Assembly: GCF_046536515.1 (NCBI RefSeq)
Contig: NZ_JAWDMQ010000001.1
Coordinates: 20,659 to 84,658 of the forward strand
DNA length: 64,000 bases
Source: Caldisphaera sp.
Lineage (GTDB): Archaea; Thermoproteota; Thermoprotei_A; Sulfolobales; Acidilobaceae
Direction: 5' to 3'
Positions 28,947 to 38,532 of the stretch are shown in pieces (position 1 is the stretch's first letter; every line of letters begins with the position of its first letter). A program made the position numbers and the translations under genes. The notes under the pieces were generated by a model that did no database searches, was not told where the DNA came from, and saw only the letters and a list, made by a program, of their open reading frames with translations.

Positions 28947-29915
28947 TTGGAGATTAAAGTGAAAAAGGGTATAATGGTAGGCTTTGGAAATGTTGGAAAA
29001 GCTTTAGCTAAGGAACTTATTTCTCTTAACAAGATTGAAATTATAGCTGTGATAACGTCAAAGGGAGTCTATAAATTAAAAAATAATTGGAGATCAGAGT
29101 TAAACAATTTAGCAAATGAATATCCAAGAGGAAATAGAGAGAAAATCGATATTTTAGATTTAATTAATGAATTCATTCCAGATATAGCCTTTGTAACAAT
29201 TCCTCCCTCATATTATAATGGAGAACCTAATCTATCAATATACAATACGTTGATCGATAACAATATTAATATAATAACAGCAGACAAAACAGGACTTGCT
29301 TTAGAATTTAGCTCTTTGATGAAGAAAGTTAAAAACAATAAATTGTTCTTTGGATATAGAGCAACAGTAATGGCTGGAACGCCAGCCATTGATGTGGCAA
29401 AAGGACTTAGAGGGAGAAATCTAAAAGGGATTAAGGCTGTGTTAAATGCAACAACAAATTATATCCTGAGTTTAGTTGAAAGCGGATACTCAATGCAAAG
29501 TGCTATAGATAAAGTAAAAGAATTGGGTTTGGTTGAGCCAGATCCAAAAATTGATATAGACGGTTATGATGCAGCTGCAAAACTGAGTATAATATTAAAC
29601 ACATTAGATATAGAATCTAACATAAATGAAATCAAGAGGGAATCCCTACTAAATATTAATGAGGAAAAAATTAGAAAAACTTTGAACGAAGGAAAAAGGA
29701 TAAAATATATTGCTTATTTTGATGGTAACAAAAAAGGCGTGCATTTGGAAGAAATTGAAATGGATTCTCAACTTGCTAGAGTTTCAAAAAATTATAACTG
29801 TATCCTATTTAATGTTGATAATGATACAATAACTTTAACAGGACCAGCCGGACCAGCTATTTCTACTGCTAAATCTATGATAACAGATGTGCTAGAATAC
29901 TTAGAAAAAGATTAA
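28947..29915 (+). CDS. hom: Homoserine dehydrogenase
   Basis: VGFGNVG, ITADK, ATVMAGTP, LNATTNYIL and EPDPKIDIDGYDAAAK. Confidence 0.88.
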   Translation: MEIKVKKGIMVGFGNVGKALAKELISLNKIEIIAVITSKGVYKLKNNWRSELNNLANEYPRGNREKIDILDLINEFIPDIAFVTIPPSYYNGEPNLSIYNTLIDNNINIITADKTGLALEFSSLMKKVKNNKLFFGYRATVMAGTPAIDVAKGLRGRNLKGIKAVLNATTNYILSLVESGYSMQSAIDKVKELGLVEPDPKIDIDGYDAAAKLSIILNTLDIESNINEIKRESLLNINEEKIRKTLNEGKRIKYIAYFDGNKKGVHLEEIEMDSQLARVSKNYNCILFNVDNDTITLTGPAGPAISTAKSMITDVLEYLEKD

Positions 29916-30038
29916 TCTCTTTAATTATATTGCAGATTTGTAAAATTATACTATTTTAATAGATTTCACCTATTTTAATTTAAACATAAGAACATAAAAT
30001 TATTAAGGTAAAATATTAACATTATTTTAGGTGGTATA

Positions 30039-30389
30039 TTGGAAACATATAAAGTATTAGGCTTAATAGGTCTTTTGCTAATCTTATTTGTAACAGTTAT
30101 ATTTTCTATCTTTATGTTATTTGGATTTTATTACTATTATGGATTTATGGGAATGATGGGATATTATAGACATTATTATATTTATAGATATTCATTTATG
30201 ATATTTCCAATAACAATAGGAGCATTATCTATAATATTTGCAACAATTGGGATTTCTATAAATGATAGGATTGCGTCTGGAATTTTGTTAATACTATCTG
30301 CCTTTATATCTATACCAATTGCTTTTGGAGCATTTGGAATAGGCTTCATTTTATTGTTATTATCAGGAATACTTGCGTTAATAAAGTAA
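30039..30389 (+). CDS. Small hypothetical membrane protein
   Basis: Four hydrophobic helices and a Tyr-rich loop; TTG start after GGTGG. Confidence 0.6.
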   Translation: METYKVLGLIGLLLILFVTVIFSIFMLFGFYYYYGFMGMMGYYRHYYIYRYSFMIFPITIGALSIIFATIGISINDRIASGILLILSAFISIPIAFGAFGIGFILLLLSGILALIK

Positions 30390-30515
30390 ATTTTTATTTA
30401 ATGCTAAAATAATTTATAAAACGCAATAATTTTTTATGATTACTTATGCTTTATAATTTTCAATAATAAAAAAATATATACCCTAATGAATACATTAACT
30501 ACAAGGTAGAGAATT

Positions 30516-31340
30516 ATGCCAACTAGTAAAGTTATGAGTTTAAATGAGGCTGTCGATCTTATAAATAACGGTGATTTAATTACAATTAGCGGAATGACAT
30601 TTTTTAGAAATCCTATGAGCTTTATAGCAGCTTTAGTTAATTCAAATAAAAAAGACCTATCTTTTGTCGATAGAGAACCAGGATTTGGATTAGATGTGCT
30701 GACGGCAGCTAATAAGTTGAAAATGATTAGGGCTGCAATGGCAACATTTGAACACTTTGGGCTATCTCCAAGCGTAAGAAAGGCTGCTGAAAGAAAACAG
30801 GTAGACTATTTAGAAGATACTTGCGGAGCAGTAATAGCTGGATTGAGAGCAGGAGCTCAAGGAGTTCCTTTTATGCCAGTTAGGGGTGTAATAGGTTCCG
30901 ATTTGGTTAAAATACATGAAGAAAGAAATACATGGAAAATTATAAAAGATCCATTTACTAATGAAGACATTGCAATTATAAAAGCAATTGAACCAGATGT
31001 AGCTGTAATTCATGTTCATATGAGCGATGAGTATGGAAACGCAGTTATATTGGGTCCCAGATATGAAGACGAGTTAAAAATAAGGGCTGCCAAGAAGGTT
31101 ATAATAACAGCTGAAAAGATTGTAGATAAAGAAGAACTAAAGAAAAGAAATGCAGAAACTTTATCTTCTACACTAATTCACGCTACAGCAGTAATAAATG
31201 CAAAAAATGGTGCATGGCCAACTGCTATGTATACTATGTATGAAGCAGACTATAAGGCGATAAAAGAGTATTATGAATATGCAAAAGAAGGAAGAGCTAT
31301 GGATTGGATTAAAGCCAATTTAATCAAAAGGTGGTATTAA
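30516..31340 (+). CDS. Family I CoA-transferase alpha subunit (glutaconate CoA-transferase-like)
   Basis: RNPMSF, LRAGAQGVPFMP, DPFT and PDVAVIHV...DEYGN. Confidence 0.85.
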   Translation: MPTSKVMSLNEAVDLINNGDLITISGMTFFRNPMSFIAALVNSNKKDLSFVDREPGFGLDVLTAANKLKMIRAAMATFEHFGLSPSVRKAAERKQVDYLEDTCGAVIAGLRAGAQGVPFMPVRGVIGSDLVKIHEERNTWKIIKDPFTNEDIAIIKAIEPDVAVIHVHMSDEYGNAVILGPRYEDELKIRAAKKVIITAEKIVDKEELKKRNAETLSSTLIHATAVINAKNGAWPTAMYTMYEADYKAIKEYYEYAKEGRAMDWIKANLIKRWY

Positions 31341-32090
31341 ATGTCATCTAGACCGACTGATATAATGATTAAATGCCTAGGAAGCTTTATAGAAAATAAT
31401 GAATACGTTTATCATGGGTTAGATAGTATACTACCTCAGCTTGCAATGGTTTATGCAGCAAAATATTTAAAGAAAGACTTCATATGGCACAGCGTTGCAG
31501 AACCTTTTTTAATTGATCCATCAAAGTTAAGGGTAAGACCTTCTACAGGAGATCCATACTCCGAGCAGGAAGGTATTGCAACATTAACAACCATAGATGC
31601 ATTTGATATTGCAGCTAAAGGAAAAATGGATTTAATGTACTTTGGAGCAGCTCAAATAGATGAAGAATCAAACATAAACTTAACTGTTATTGGGAGCTAT
31701 GAAAAACCAAAAGTAAAGCTTCCAGGAGGGGCTGCTACAGCATATCTTTACCCTATAGTTAAGAAGATAGTGATATGGGCGAGACATGATCCTAGGGTAT
31801 TAGTGAAAAGGGTAGATTTTATAACAGGTAATGGAAGTTTAAGGATTAATAACAATCTAGGCACATACTTATGCACAAACAAGGCATTAATAGAGTTCAA
31901 AAAAGGAGGACCAATTTTAAAGGCTCTTATTCAAGGATTTGATGTAAAAGATGTTATTTCTAGCACAGGTGGAATGAAAATACAGGTACCAAATAAAGTA
32001 GACGAAATAAAAGCATTAAATGATGAAGAGCTTAGAATAATTAATCAAGCAGATCCCTATGGCTTAAGATATGAAGAGAATTATGGCTGA
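31341..32090 (+). CDS. Family I CoA-transferase beta subunit
   Basis: FGAAQIDEESNINLT and KLPGGAAT; directly abuts the alpha subunit. Confidence 0.85.
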   Translation: MSSRPTDIMIKCLGSFIENNEYVYHGLDSILPQLAMVYAAKYLKKDFIWHSVAEPFLIDPSKLRVRPSTGDPYSEQEGIATLTTIDAFDIAAKGKMDLMYFGAAQIDEESNINLTVIGSYEKPKVKLPGGAATAYLYPIVKKIVIWARHDPRVLVKRVDFITGNGSLRINNNLGTYLCTNKALIEFKKGGPILKALIQGFDVKDVISSTGGMKIQVPNKVDEIKALNDEELRIINQADPYGLRYEENYG

Positions 32091-32104
32091 ATTGGTGAAT
32101 TTTA

Positions 32105-32593
32105 ATGGAAGATGTTTTTTGTAGAATTATAAAAGGTGAGGAAAAATCTTATACAGTTTACTCAGATAATAATGTTATAGCTATAATGGATATTTATCCC
32201 ATGTCAAGAGGACAAACCTTAGTTATACCTAAAAAGCATTTTGTATACTTTTATGAAATGCCTGACGAATTAATTTACAGTTTCTATAAAGCTGTAAATA
32301 TGGTAGGTAGAGCAATGATTAAGGCATTTAACCCAAAAGCTATAGCATTAATTGCTAGAGGACTAAGGGTTCCTCATTATCATTTAATATTGATTCCAGT
32401 GAGGGAAGGGGATATTACAGATAAATATTTTTCAGTTATGGATGCATATCAGGGCTTCCCTAAAGTAAGCCTTGATAACCTTCAATCAAGGCTTGAAGAT
32501 TTTAAATCTTTAGCATTAAAAGGAAGGGTACAAGTTAAGGAGGAAGATTTGATAGAGGACATGAACAAAATCAAAGAATCTTTAAATTCTTAG
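32105..32593 (+). CDS. HIT family protein (third His absent)
   Basis: DVFCRII, DIYPMSRGQTLVIPKKH and VPHYHLIL. Confidence 0.8.
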   Translation: MEDVFCRIIKGEEKSYTVYSDNNVIAIMDIYPMSRGQTLVIPKKHFVYFYEMPDELIYSFYKAVNMVGRAMIKAFNPKAIALIARGLRVPHYHLILIPVREGDITDKYFSVMDAYQGFPKVSLDNLQSRLEDFKSLALKGRVQVKEEDLIEDMNKIKESLNS

Positions 32594-32596
32594 TTG

Positions 32597-32674
32597 TGGC
32601 GGACCCGGGGGGATTTGAACCCCCGACATTCGGCTTAGGGGGCCGACGCTCTATCCTGGCTGAGCCACGGGTCC
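32597..32674 (-). tRNA. tRNA-Arg (anticodon CCT), CCA encoded, intronless
   Basis: Cloverleaf GGACCCG/CGGGTCC; D arm GCTC/GAGC; anticodon arm TCGGC-CCCCTAA-GCCGA; T arm GGGGG-TTCAAAT-CCCCC. Confidence 0.93.
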
Positions 32675-32753
32675 AATTAGGACCACTAGGCCCCAGCATC
32701 CCTCTCGGTATGATGCCAAAAGTTTAGTTTGTAAATAAAATTTTAAAGCTTTA

Positions 32754-33422
32754 CTAATCTTTAATATATTGCCTTATAATTTCTTTAGCTCTCTCCAAGG
32801 CTTTTTCTATGTTTCCTTCTTTAACGTATTTTTCATAGATATCATCTTTTTCTACTTCAAAATATAAATTATATCTAAGCTTAGGATCAATAATTTTTTC
32901 TTTCATATATCTTTTTAATTCCTTCATTGAATCGTAAAGCGTCTTAATTTCTATATCATTTTTTAAACAACTTTCTATTTTTTCTAAGCTTCTTCTCGCA
33001 GCAATACCAGTATAGCCTAAGCTTGTTGTAGCAACTTCCAAATATTCATAAAGTTTTTTCCTAAACGGTACTATTACGTTACCTTTTGAAGCATCTGTTG
33101 CATTATTTATTAATTTTCTTTTCTTTTTAGCAATTTCGTATATTTCATTATTAATTTCATTATTATTTGTAGCTATAACTATTAAATCGTTTTCCTCAAT
33201 TAACTTTTCTAAATCTTTTGGATCTTTTATTTCAAAATTTACTAATTTTACCTTTCTATTATTTTTTATTTCATTTATATCTTCGCTGAAATAAGAAGCC
33301 ACTATAGTAACATTTGCACCAGCATCCAAAAAGGTTCTAGCTCTTCTATTACCTACTTTACCCCCACCTATTACCAAAACATTAAAATCAGAAAAATCAA
33401 TATATAATGGTATGTAAGTCAT
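32754..33422 (-). CDS. sirC: Precorrin-2 dehydrogenase / sirohydrochlorin ferrochelatase (SirC/Met8-like)
   Basis: YIPLYIDF, VIGGGKVG, VIATNN and INNATD. Confidence 0.85.
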   Translation of the reverse strand: MTYIPLYIDFSDFNVLVIGGGKVGNRRARTFLDAGANVTIVASYFSEDINEIKNNRKVKLVNFEIKDPKDLEKLIEENDLIVIATNNNEINNEIYEIAKKKRKLINNATDASKGNVIVPFRKKLYEYLEVATTSLGYTGIAARRSLEKIESCLKNDIEIKTLYDSMKELKRYMKEKIIDPKLRYNLYFEVEKDDIYEKYVKEGNIEKALERAKEIIRQYIKD

Positions 33423-34590
33423 TTAAATTCCACCTTTTTTCTATTTCATTATAGTCCAAAAAGCATAGAGGCTCATCTCCCCAAAAATCTTTGTTAACAA
33501 CTTTTGCTCTACCCCTACTGCCTCCACCACATATCTTTTTAAATAAACAAGAAGAGCATCTTTCTCCTCTCAAGTTTTCCGACAAATTAACAAATTTTTC
33601 AAGGTTTTTATTGCTTAAGTTAAGAATGTCTTTCAACTTTTGCTCTCTTAAATCTCCTATTATATAGTCTTCAATAAATTGACATGGTCTTACAGTTCCA
33701 TCAGGATAAATACTAATTGTTTTCCTTCCGCAATCACCTTGAGCTTCTATCATTTTAAGGTATTTAATAAAATCATCCTTATTATTAGCAATCTGATCTG
33801 CAACATATATTCCAATAAAGTTTCCCCTAACAAGCTGGATTTCTAGCTGAGTCTTGTATTCCTTTGCTTTCTCTATGAGCTCTTTTGAGAGTTGAATTAA
33901 TTGATCCTTTGTAGGTAGATCTGAAACTATATTAACAGCTCTCCCAATAGTATCTAAAAGATATAATGATACTCTTTTGGCTTTAATTTTCGCAGCAAAG
34001 TCTATCATCTTAGGTATTTCTAATACGTTATATTTTGTAACAGTAGTCCTTATTCCTACATCTATTCCATATTTGATTGAGTTCTGGATACCCCTTATAG
34101 TTAACGAGAATGCGCCTTCATAACCCCTAAACTTATCATGATACTCAGGGTTTATGCTATCAAGCGATATGCCTATATAATCATACCCAAGTTCTTTTAA
34201 TTTTTTTGCATTTTCTTCTGTTATCAATGTTCCATTACTGCTTAAACCCAGTTTAGGCCTTTTTTTATTAGATAAAATTTCTGATAATTCCCAAAATTCT
34301 TTTCTGTATAAAGGCTCTCCACCTGTAAAAATTACTAAAGGGATCTGCAAATTTACTATTTCATTTGCTACCTCAATTAACTTTTCTCTGCTTAATTCTT
34401 CCTTTGTACTTTTTGATGAAGCATCTATATAGCAATGTACACAATTTAAATTGCATTTATACGTTATATTCCAGAAAATAACAGGTCTTAATTCGTTAGA
34501 AAAATTCGACGGTTTTTCTTTATTATAATGTCCTTTTATCTTTGATGATACAGTTCCTTCTCCAGTTACCATAACACTTATAGGAATCAT
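33397..34590 (-). CDS. ahbC: Radical SAM/SPASM Fe-coproporphyrin III synthase
   Basis: RPVIFWNITYKCNLNCVHCY, AhbC-like N-terminus and SPASM cysteines (DCG, RPC, CSSC...ICGG). Confidence 0.75.
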   Translation of the reverse strand: MIPISVMVTGEGTVSSKIKGHYNKEKPSNFSNELRPVIFWNITYKCNLNCVHCYIDASSKSTKEELSREKLIEVANEIVNLQIPLVIFTGGEPLYRKEFWELSEILSNKKRPKLGLSSNGTLITEENAKKLKELGYDYIGISLDSINPEYHDKFRGYEGAFSLTIRGIQNSIKYGIDVGIRTTVTKYNVLEIPKMIDFAAKIKAKRVSLYLLDTIGRAVNIVSDLPTKDQLIQLSKELIEKAKEYKTQLEIQLVRGNFIGIYVADQIANNKDDFIKYLKMIEAQGDCGRKTISIYPDGTVRPCQFIEDYIIGDLREQKLKDILNLSNKNLEKFVNLSENLRGERCSSCLFKKICGGGSRGRAKVVNKDFWGDEPLCFLDYNEIEKRWNLNDLHTIIY

Positions 34591-35549
34591 CTGACCACAC
34601 CTGGTTTTAAATCGGCTAAGCTATATATGATCATAAGGTCTTTTGGTTTACACTCTCTTTTAAGAATATTAGCCATATCCTCTATTTTCTTTTTATCTAC
34701 AGCGTGAACCATAGAATAGCTTACATGCTTCCATCTACCTTCTGGTACGGATTGCCTTAAAACAACATGAGTTGAAAAACTCATTGAGGCAGCGCATTCA
34801 CATATTGATTCTTCATTTCCATTGGGTTCCATTACTATCATTCCATTTTCCTTAAATCCAAGTTTTTCTCCATCTAAAGAAGCCCCTGGATCGGCTAAAA
34901 CCCCTTTATCTAGTAATTCTTTTAATATGTATTCAAGCTCTTCCTCCTTTAAATTATACTTCTTTAAAACAAACTCATAAGGTTTCTCATTTATAGGAAG
35001 GCTTTTTACAGATAATGGAAGATCTTTATCAACGTTTAAATCTTTTAATAAAGGAACTCTTTCCCGCAATAAAGCGTATTTCCCAGCTTTGGATATACCG
35101 TTTATAATATCATACTTAACGCTTAATTTATACGTTCTTTTAGAAAGCAAAACAACATAGGATTTTGAATTAGACTCTCTAGTCATTCTTTCTGCTAAAT
35201 TAATCAATTCTTCATTGCTAGCTCTTTTAGCTACTATCCAAACATTATAAATTGGGTGGTTTCTCAAATAGCTGTGAGTAACAAGAGGATCTTTCATAGC
35301 TATTTCGGCTAACTTTTTATAATTTTCTCCAGAATCAAATGCTATTAAAGCAGCTTCATTACCTTGTGCCCTAAAATTGTAGTAAAAACCTATTCTCTTT
35401 ATTATGCCTTCTTTTTTTAAATTATTTATTCTTTCTAATAGATCTTCCAGCTTTAATCCTAATTTATTAGCTATATCGTCATAAGGCCTTGTATGTAAAG
35501 GAAAATCATATTGTAATTCCATTAATATTTCCTTATCTATTTGGTCCAT
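34587..35549 (-). CDS. ahbAB: Siroheme decarboxylase, fused AhbA-AhbB (Lrp/AsnC-like x2)
   Basis: MDQIDKEILMELQYDFPLHTRPY, THSYLR..P.YNVW; second repeat contains THVVLR...W...YSMVH. Confidence 0.75.
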   Translation of the reverse strand: MDQIDKEILMELQYDFPLHTRPYDDIANKLGLKLEDLLERINNLKKEGIIKRIGFYYNFRAQGNEAALIAFDSGENYKKLAEIAMKDPLVTHSYLRNHPIYNVWIVAKRASNEELINLAERMTRESNSKSYVVLLSKRTYKLSVKYDIINGISKAGKYALLRERVPLLKDLNVDKDLPLSVKSLPINEKPYEFVLKKYNLKEEELEYILKELLDKGVLADPGASLDGEKLGFKENGMIVMEPNGNEESICECAASMSFSTHVVLRQSVPEGRWKHVSYSMVHAVDKKKIEDMANILKRECKPKDLMIIYSLADLKPGVVR

Positions 35550-35558
35550 ATAATCACC

Positions 35559-36734
35559 CTAAATTAAATAATTTAAATTGTATTTATTTAATAACTGTTC
35601 ATAATCCCCAGGATTATATAAACATGAAGGATCTTCGCTTAGCGGATCTCCAGAATATGCAAATGATCTGGCTCTGCTACCTCCGCATATATTTTTGAAC
35701 TCACATATTCCACACTTCCCTTTTAGCTGAGAAGATCTCAATTTTTTGAAAAGTTCAGAATTCCTGTAAATATCTACTATACTTTTATTTTTTATGTTTC
35801 CCGCTGGATAAGGCAAAAATCCACTAGGATATACATAGCCATCATGAGATACAAATATTATTCCTTTACCATCCCTGGTTCCATGGGTTTCAGCCTTACT
35901 TTCTTGATTTGGTTCTCCCATTTTTTCTCTTAGCCTGCTCACAAGTTCATAATAAAGCTTTCCATGATTTATTGCTTTTTCATGATCAATACCATTTTTT
36001 TCTAAATATCTGTAAAGCCATGCTACCCTTCTAAATATTGGTCCTTCCGAAGTCCTTATTGTTATATTATATTTACTTGCCTCATATAAAAAAGATGAAA
36101 CGTCTTCCCATTCATCCTTAGTTAAATCTTCTTCAAATTTACCTCTTCCAACAGGTATTAAATAAAAAACTTCCCATACCTTTACTTTCAATTTGTTTAT
36201 TAACAAATCCACCATATCGGGAAGTCCTTCTACAGTTGATCTCATAACAGTAGTGTTTATTTGTACCTTTATTCCTTTTTCACTTATTTTCTTTACAACT
36301 TCAACTGATCTGTCCCATGTACCTAAGATTCCCCTAATTTTGTCGTGTGTTTCTCTATATGGAGAATCAATGCTTATAGATACGGAAGATACATTATATT
36401 TTAAAATCTTTTCTATAGCTTCATCATTTAATAAAGGAGTTACACTTGGAGATAACGCAACAGTTATCCCTTTATCTTTAGCATAACTTATTAGATCCCA
36501 TATATCTTTTCTCATTAATGGGTCTCCACCAGATAAAACCAGTATGGGAGATGGTTTTCCAAACTCATATATTTGATCAATTAACTTTATACTTTCCTCA
36601 TGACTTAATTCGTTAGGCAGAGGTTTTGTTATAGCTTCTGCTCTACAATGTTTACAAGCAAGCCCACAGGCCTTAGTCGTTTCCCAAAATATCAATATGG
36701 GCTTTTGATCCATAGGCCATTCTCTATGACTCAT
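35559..36734 (-). CDS. ahbD: Radical SAM heme synthase (AhbD-like, TIGR04053-type)
   Basis: FWETTKACGLACKHCRAEA, SGGDPL, DGKGIIFVSHDGYVYPSGFLP and CGICEFKNICGGSRAR. Confidence 0.72.
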   Translation of the reverse strand: MSHREWPMDQKPILIFWETTKACGLACKHCRAEAITKPLPNELSHEESIKLIDQIYEFGKPSPILVLSGGDPLMRKDIWDLISYAKDKGITVALSPSVTPLLNDEAIEKILKYNVSSVSISIDSPYRETHDKIRGILGTWDRSVEVVKKISEKGIKVQINTTVMRSTVEGLPDMVDLLINKLKVKVWEVFYLIPVGRGKFEEDLTKDEWEDVSSFLYEASKYNITIRTSEGPIFRRVAWLYRYLEKNGIDHEKAINHGKLYYELVSRLREKMGEPNQESKAETHGTRDGKGIIFVSHDGYVYPSGFLPYPAGNIKNKSIVDIYRNSELFKKLRSSQLKGKCGICEFKNICGGSRARSFAYSGDPLSEDPSCLYNPGDYEQLLNKYNLNYLI

Positions 36735-36809
36735 AGTTTACCCCATAACTTTTAATACTTTCTAAATAAATATTAAATTGTATATGTTTATATAGACACG
36801 TATAATTAG

Positions 36810-37100
36810 TTACATAGATTTCTGTCTCATTTTTATTATTTCATCTGATATCAATTTTAGAATTTTCCTTTTGTTCTCCTTTTTTAATATAACTACCCTC
36901 TTCGTTTGTTCGTACCACAATTTAGGATATTTCTTTTCTTCAACTATTGGATTTAATCCTAATTTCTTTGCTGCCATTACTATTTCTTCAATGCTAGGCT
37001 TTACTATGGCTTTATTTTTTGATATCTTCCTACCTTTATTTTTTGACAAGCTTGAATCTAGATAAGAAGGCCAAATAATGTATTTATTTTCTTTAGGCAT
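36810..37100 (-). CDS. srp19: Signal recognition particle 19 kDa protein
   Basis: IIWPSYLDSSLSKNKGRKI...KPSIEEI...KKYPK. Confidence 0.92.
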   Translation of the reverse strand: MPKENKYIIWPSYLDSSLSKNKGRKISKNKAIVKPSIEEIVMAAKKLGLNPIVEEKKYPKLWYEQTKRVVILKKENKRKILKLISDEIIKMRQKSM

Positions 37101-37110
37101 GGAACATAAC

Positions 37111-37536
37111 CTACTCTGCCTGTTGCATTAACTGCTTTTTTCTAATAGATAATAACTTTACTTCTTTTCTGAGCCAAAGTTCCATTAATGGGCATGTAGA
37201 TGGTTCATAATATCCCCCTAACCCACACTCATCTATATGAGGACATGTCGTACAAGGAATATCCAAAATTGAAGATAAACTAATGTTTAGCAATTTGGAT
37301 TCAATTGGCTTTTCTGTTATAAATAATCTATAAGTCCTTCTGCCATTAACGATTACTTGTTCCCTTTTAATTAAACCCTTCTTGGCCAATCTTAATACAA
37401 GCCTTGATCCTTCCCTACTATCTAATCCCATCATTTTCCATAGTTCGCTTTGCAAAACACCATCTTTATGATCTTTTATGGTTTCTAATGCAGCCTTTTC
37501 TACCTCATCCGAATTACGCGGCAATCTATCATGCAC
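37111..37536 (-). CDS. TFE beta subunit (C34/hRPC39-like; winged helix plus Fe-S domain)
   Basis: GVLQSELWK...LAKKGLIKRE winged helix and C-terminal CTTC-x5-C-x10-C. Confidence 0.75.
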   Translation of the reverse strand: MHDRLPRNSDEVEKAALETIKDHKDGVLQSELWKMMGLDSREGSRLVLRLAKKGLIKREQVIVNGRRTYRLFITEKPIESKLLNISLSSILDIPCTTCPHIDECGLGGYYEPSTCPLMELWLRKEVKLLSIRKKQLMQQAE

Positions 37537-37788
37537 CTCAGTTATATTAGTCTAGTTTTTAGATACACTACTCAATAAATATAGGATGACTAAAAGATTT
37601 ATATCTTTAGTATTTCGTGTATTAATAATGCATTAATTAATCTTTTAAAATTCTTTTTTATTAATATAACATAAAAATTTTATTAAAAACATTTTATTAA
37701 AAAGTTAAGTAATCTTCTTATAATTAAAACATTTTATTATCCCCTAGCTTAATTTGTAATATATGATTAAATGCAGAGGTGAGCATAA

Positions 37789-38001
37789 GTGGAAAATTCA
37801 GTAAAAGAGGCAAAAAAGATTTTAGATGAAACAATAGAGTTGGCAAAAAGAATATATGGAAAGAAATGGATGAGAGAATTAAATTCTATAGAAGATAGAT
37901 TTGGTGGAGACCCTTATGATGTTTTAGAATTTCTAAGAAAAGAGGCTGAATCAAAGGGAATTAAAATAGAAAAAGCGCAAAATGAAAATAATGTAAAATA
38001 A
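37789..38001 (+). CDS. Small helical hypothetical protein
   Basis: 70-aa ORF with GAGGTGA RBS and GTG start; genome-like codon usage. Confidence 0.65.
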   Translation: MENSVKEAKKILDETIELAKRIYGKKWMRELNSIEDRFGGDPYDVLEFLRKEAESKGIKIEKAQNENNVK

Positions 38002-38134
38002 TTTTTCTTATATAATGTTAGTTTTTGAAAAAAATTATGGCATAGCAAATTGTTTAATTATTATATATAATATAAAAAAGTTGACATTAAAAAGGCTTTA
38101 AAAATGTAATTCTAGTATACCTTTACCTATTATA

Positions 38135-38199
38135 TATGTTAAAGCATAAAATTTCATTATAAACTTATACATTGTTTCAATTATGTTAAAGCATAAAAT
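38135..38199. repeat. 18-bp direct repeat TATGTTAAAGCATAAAAT upstream of gar1-tfb
   Basis: Exact copies at 38135-38152 and 38182-38199. Confidence 0.75.
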
Positions 38200-38253
38200 A
38201 TACCAGTATTACTCTTACTAAAAGGGCATTATAGTTAGATAGGGGAGGTATTA

Positions 38254-38532
38254 TTGCCGGTTCCATCAAATAAAAAATTAGAATTACTAGGCAAACCTAA
38301 AAACATGATATTCAATTATATTTTGATAAGCGTTGAAAATAAAGGTTTAAGATTAAAGATAAATAGTAATGTTTATGATAGTAGATTCAATTTAATTGGT
38401 AAGATAACTGATATAATAGGTAATGTGAATAAACCTTATGCTGTTGTGAAACCAATAAAAGAAAAAATTAACTTTAATGATGTTTTCTTCGTTGAAACAA
38501 AGAAATATGGGAACCGGCATAATAAGAGGTGA
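38254..38532 (+). CDS. gar1: H/ACA RNP subunit Gar1/Naf1
   Basis: VYDSRFNLIGKITDIIGNVNKPYAVVK. Confidence 0.85.
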   Translation: MPVPSNKKLELLGKPKNMIFNYILISVENKGLRLKINSNVYDSRFNLIGKITDIIGNVNKPYAVVKPIKEKINFNDVFFVETKKYGNRHNKR

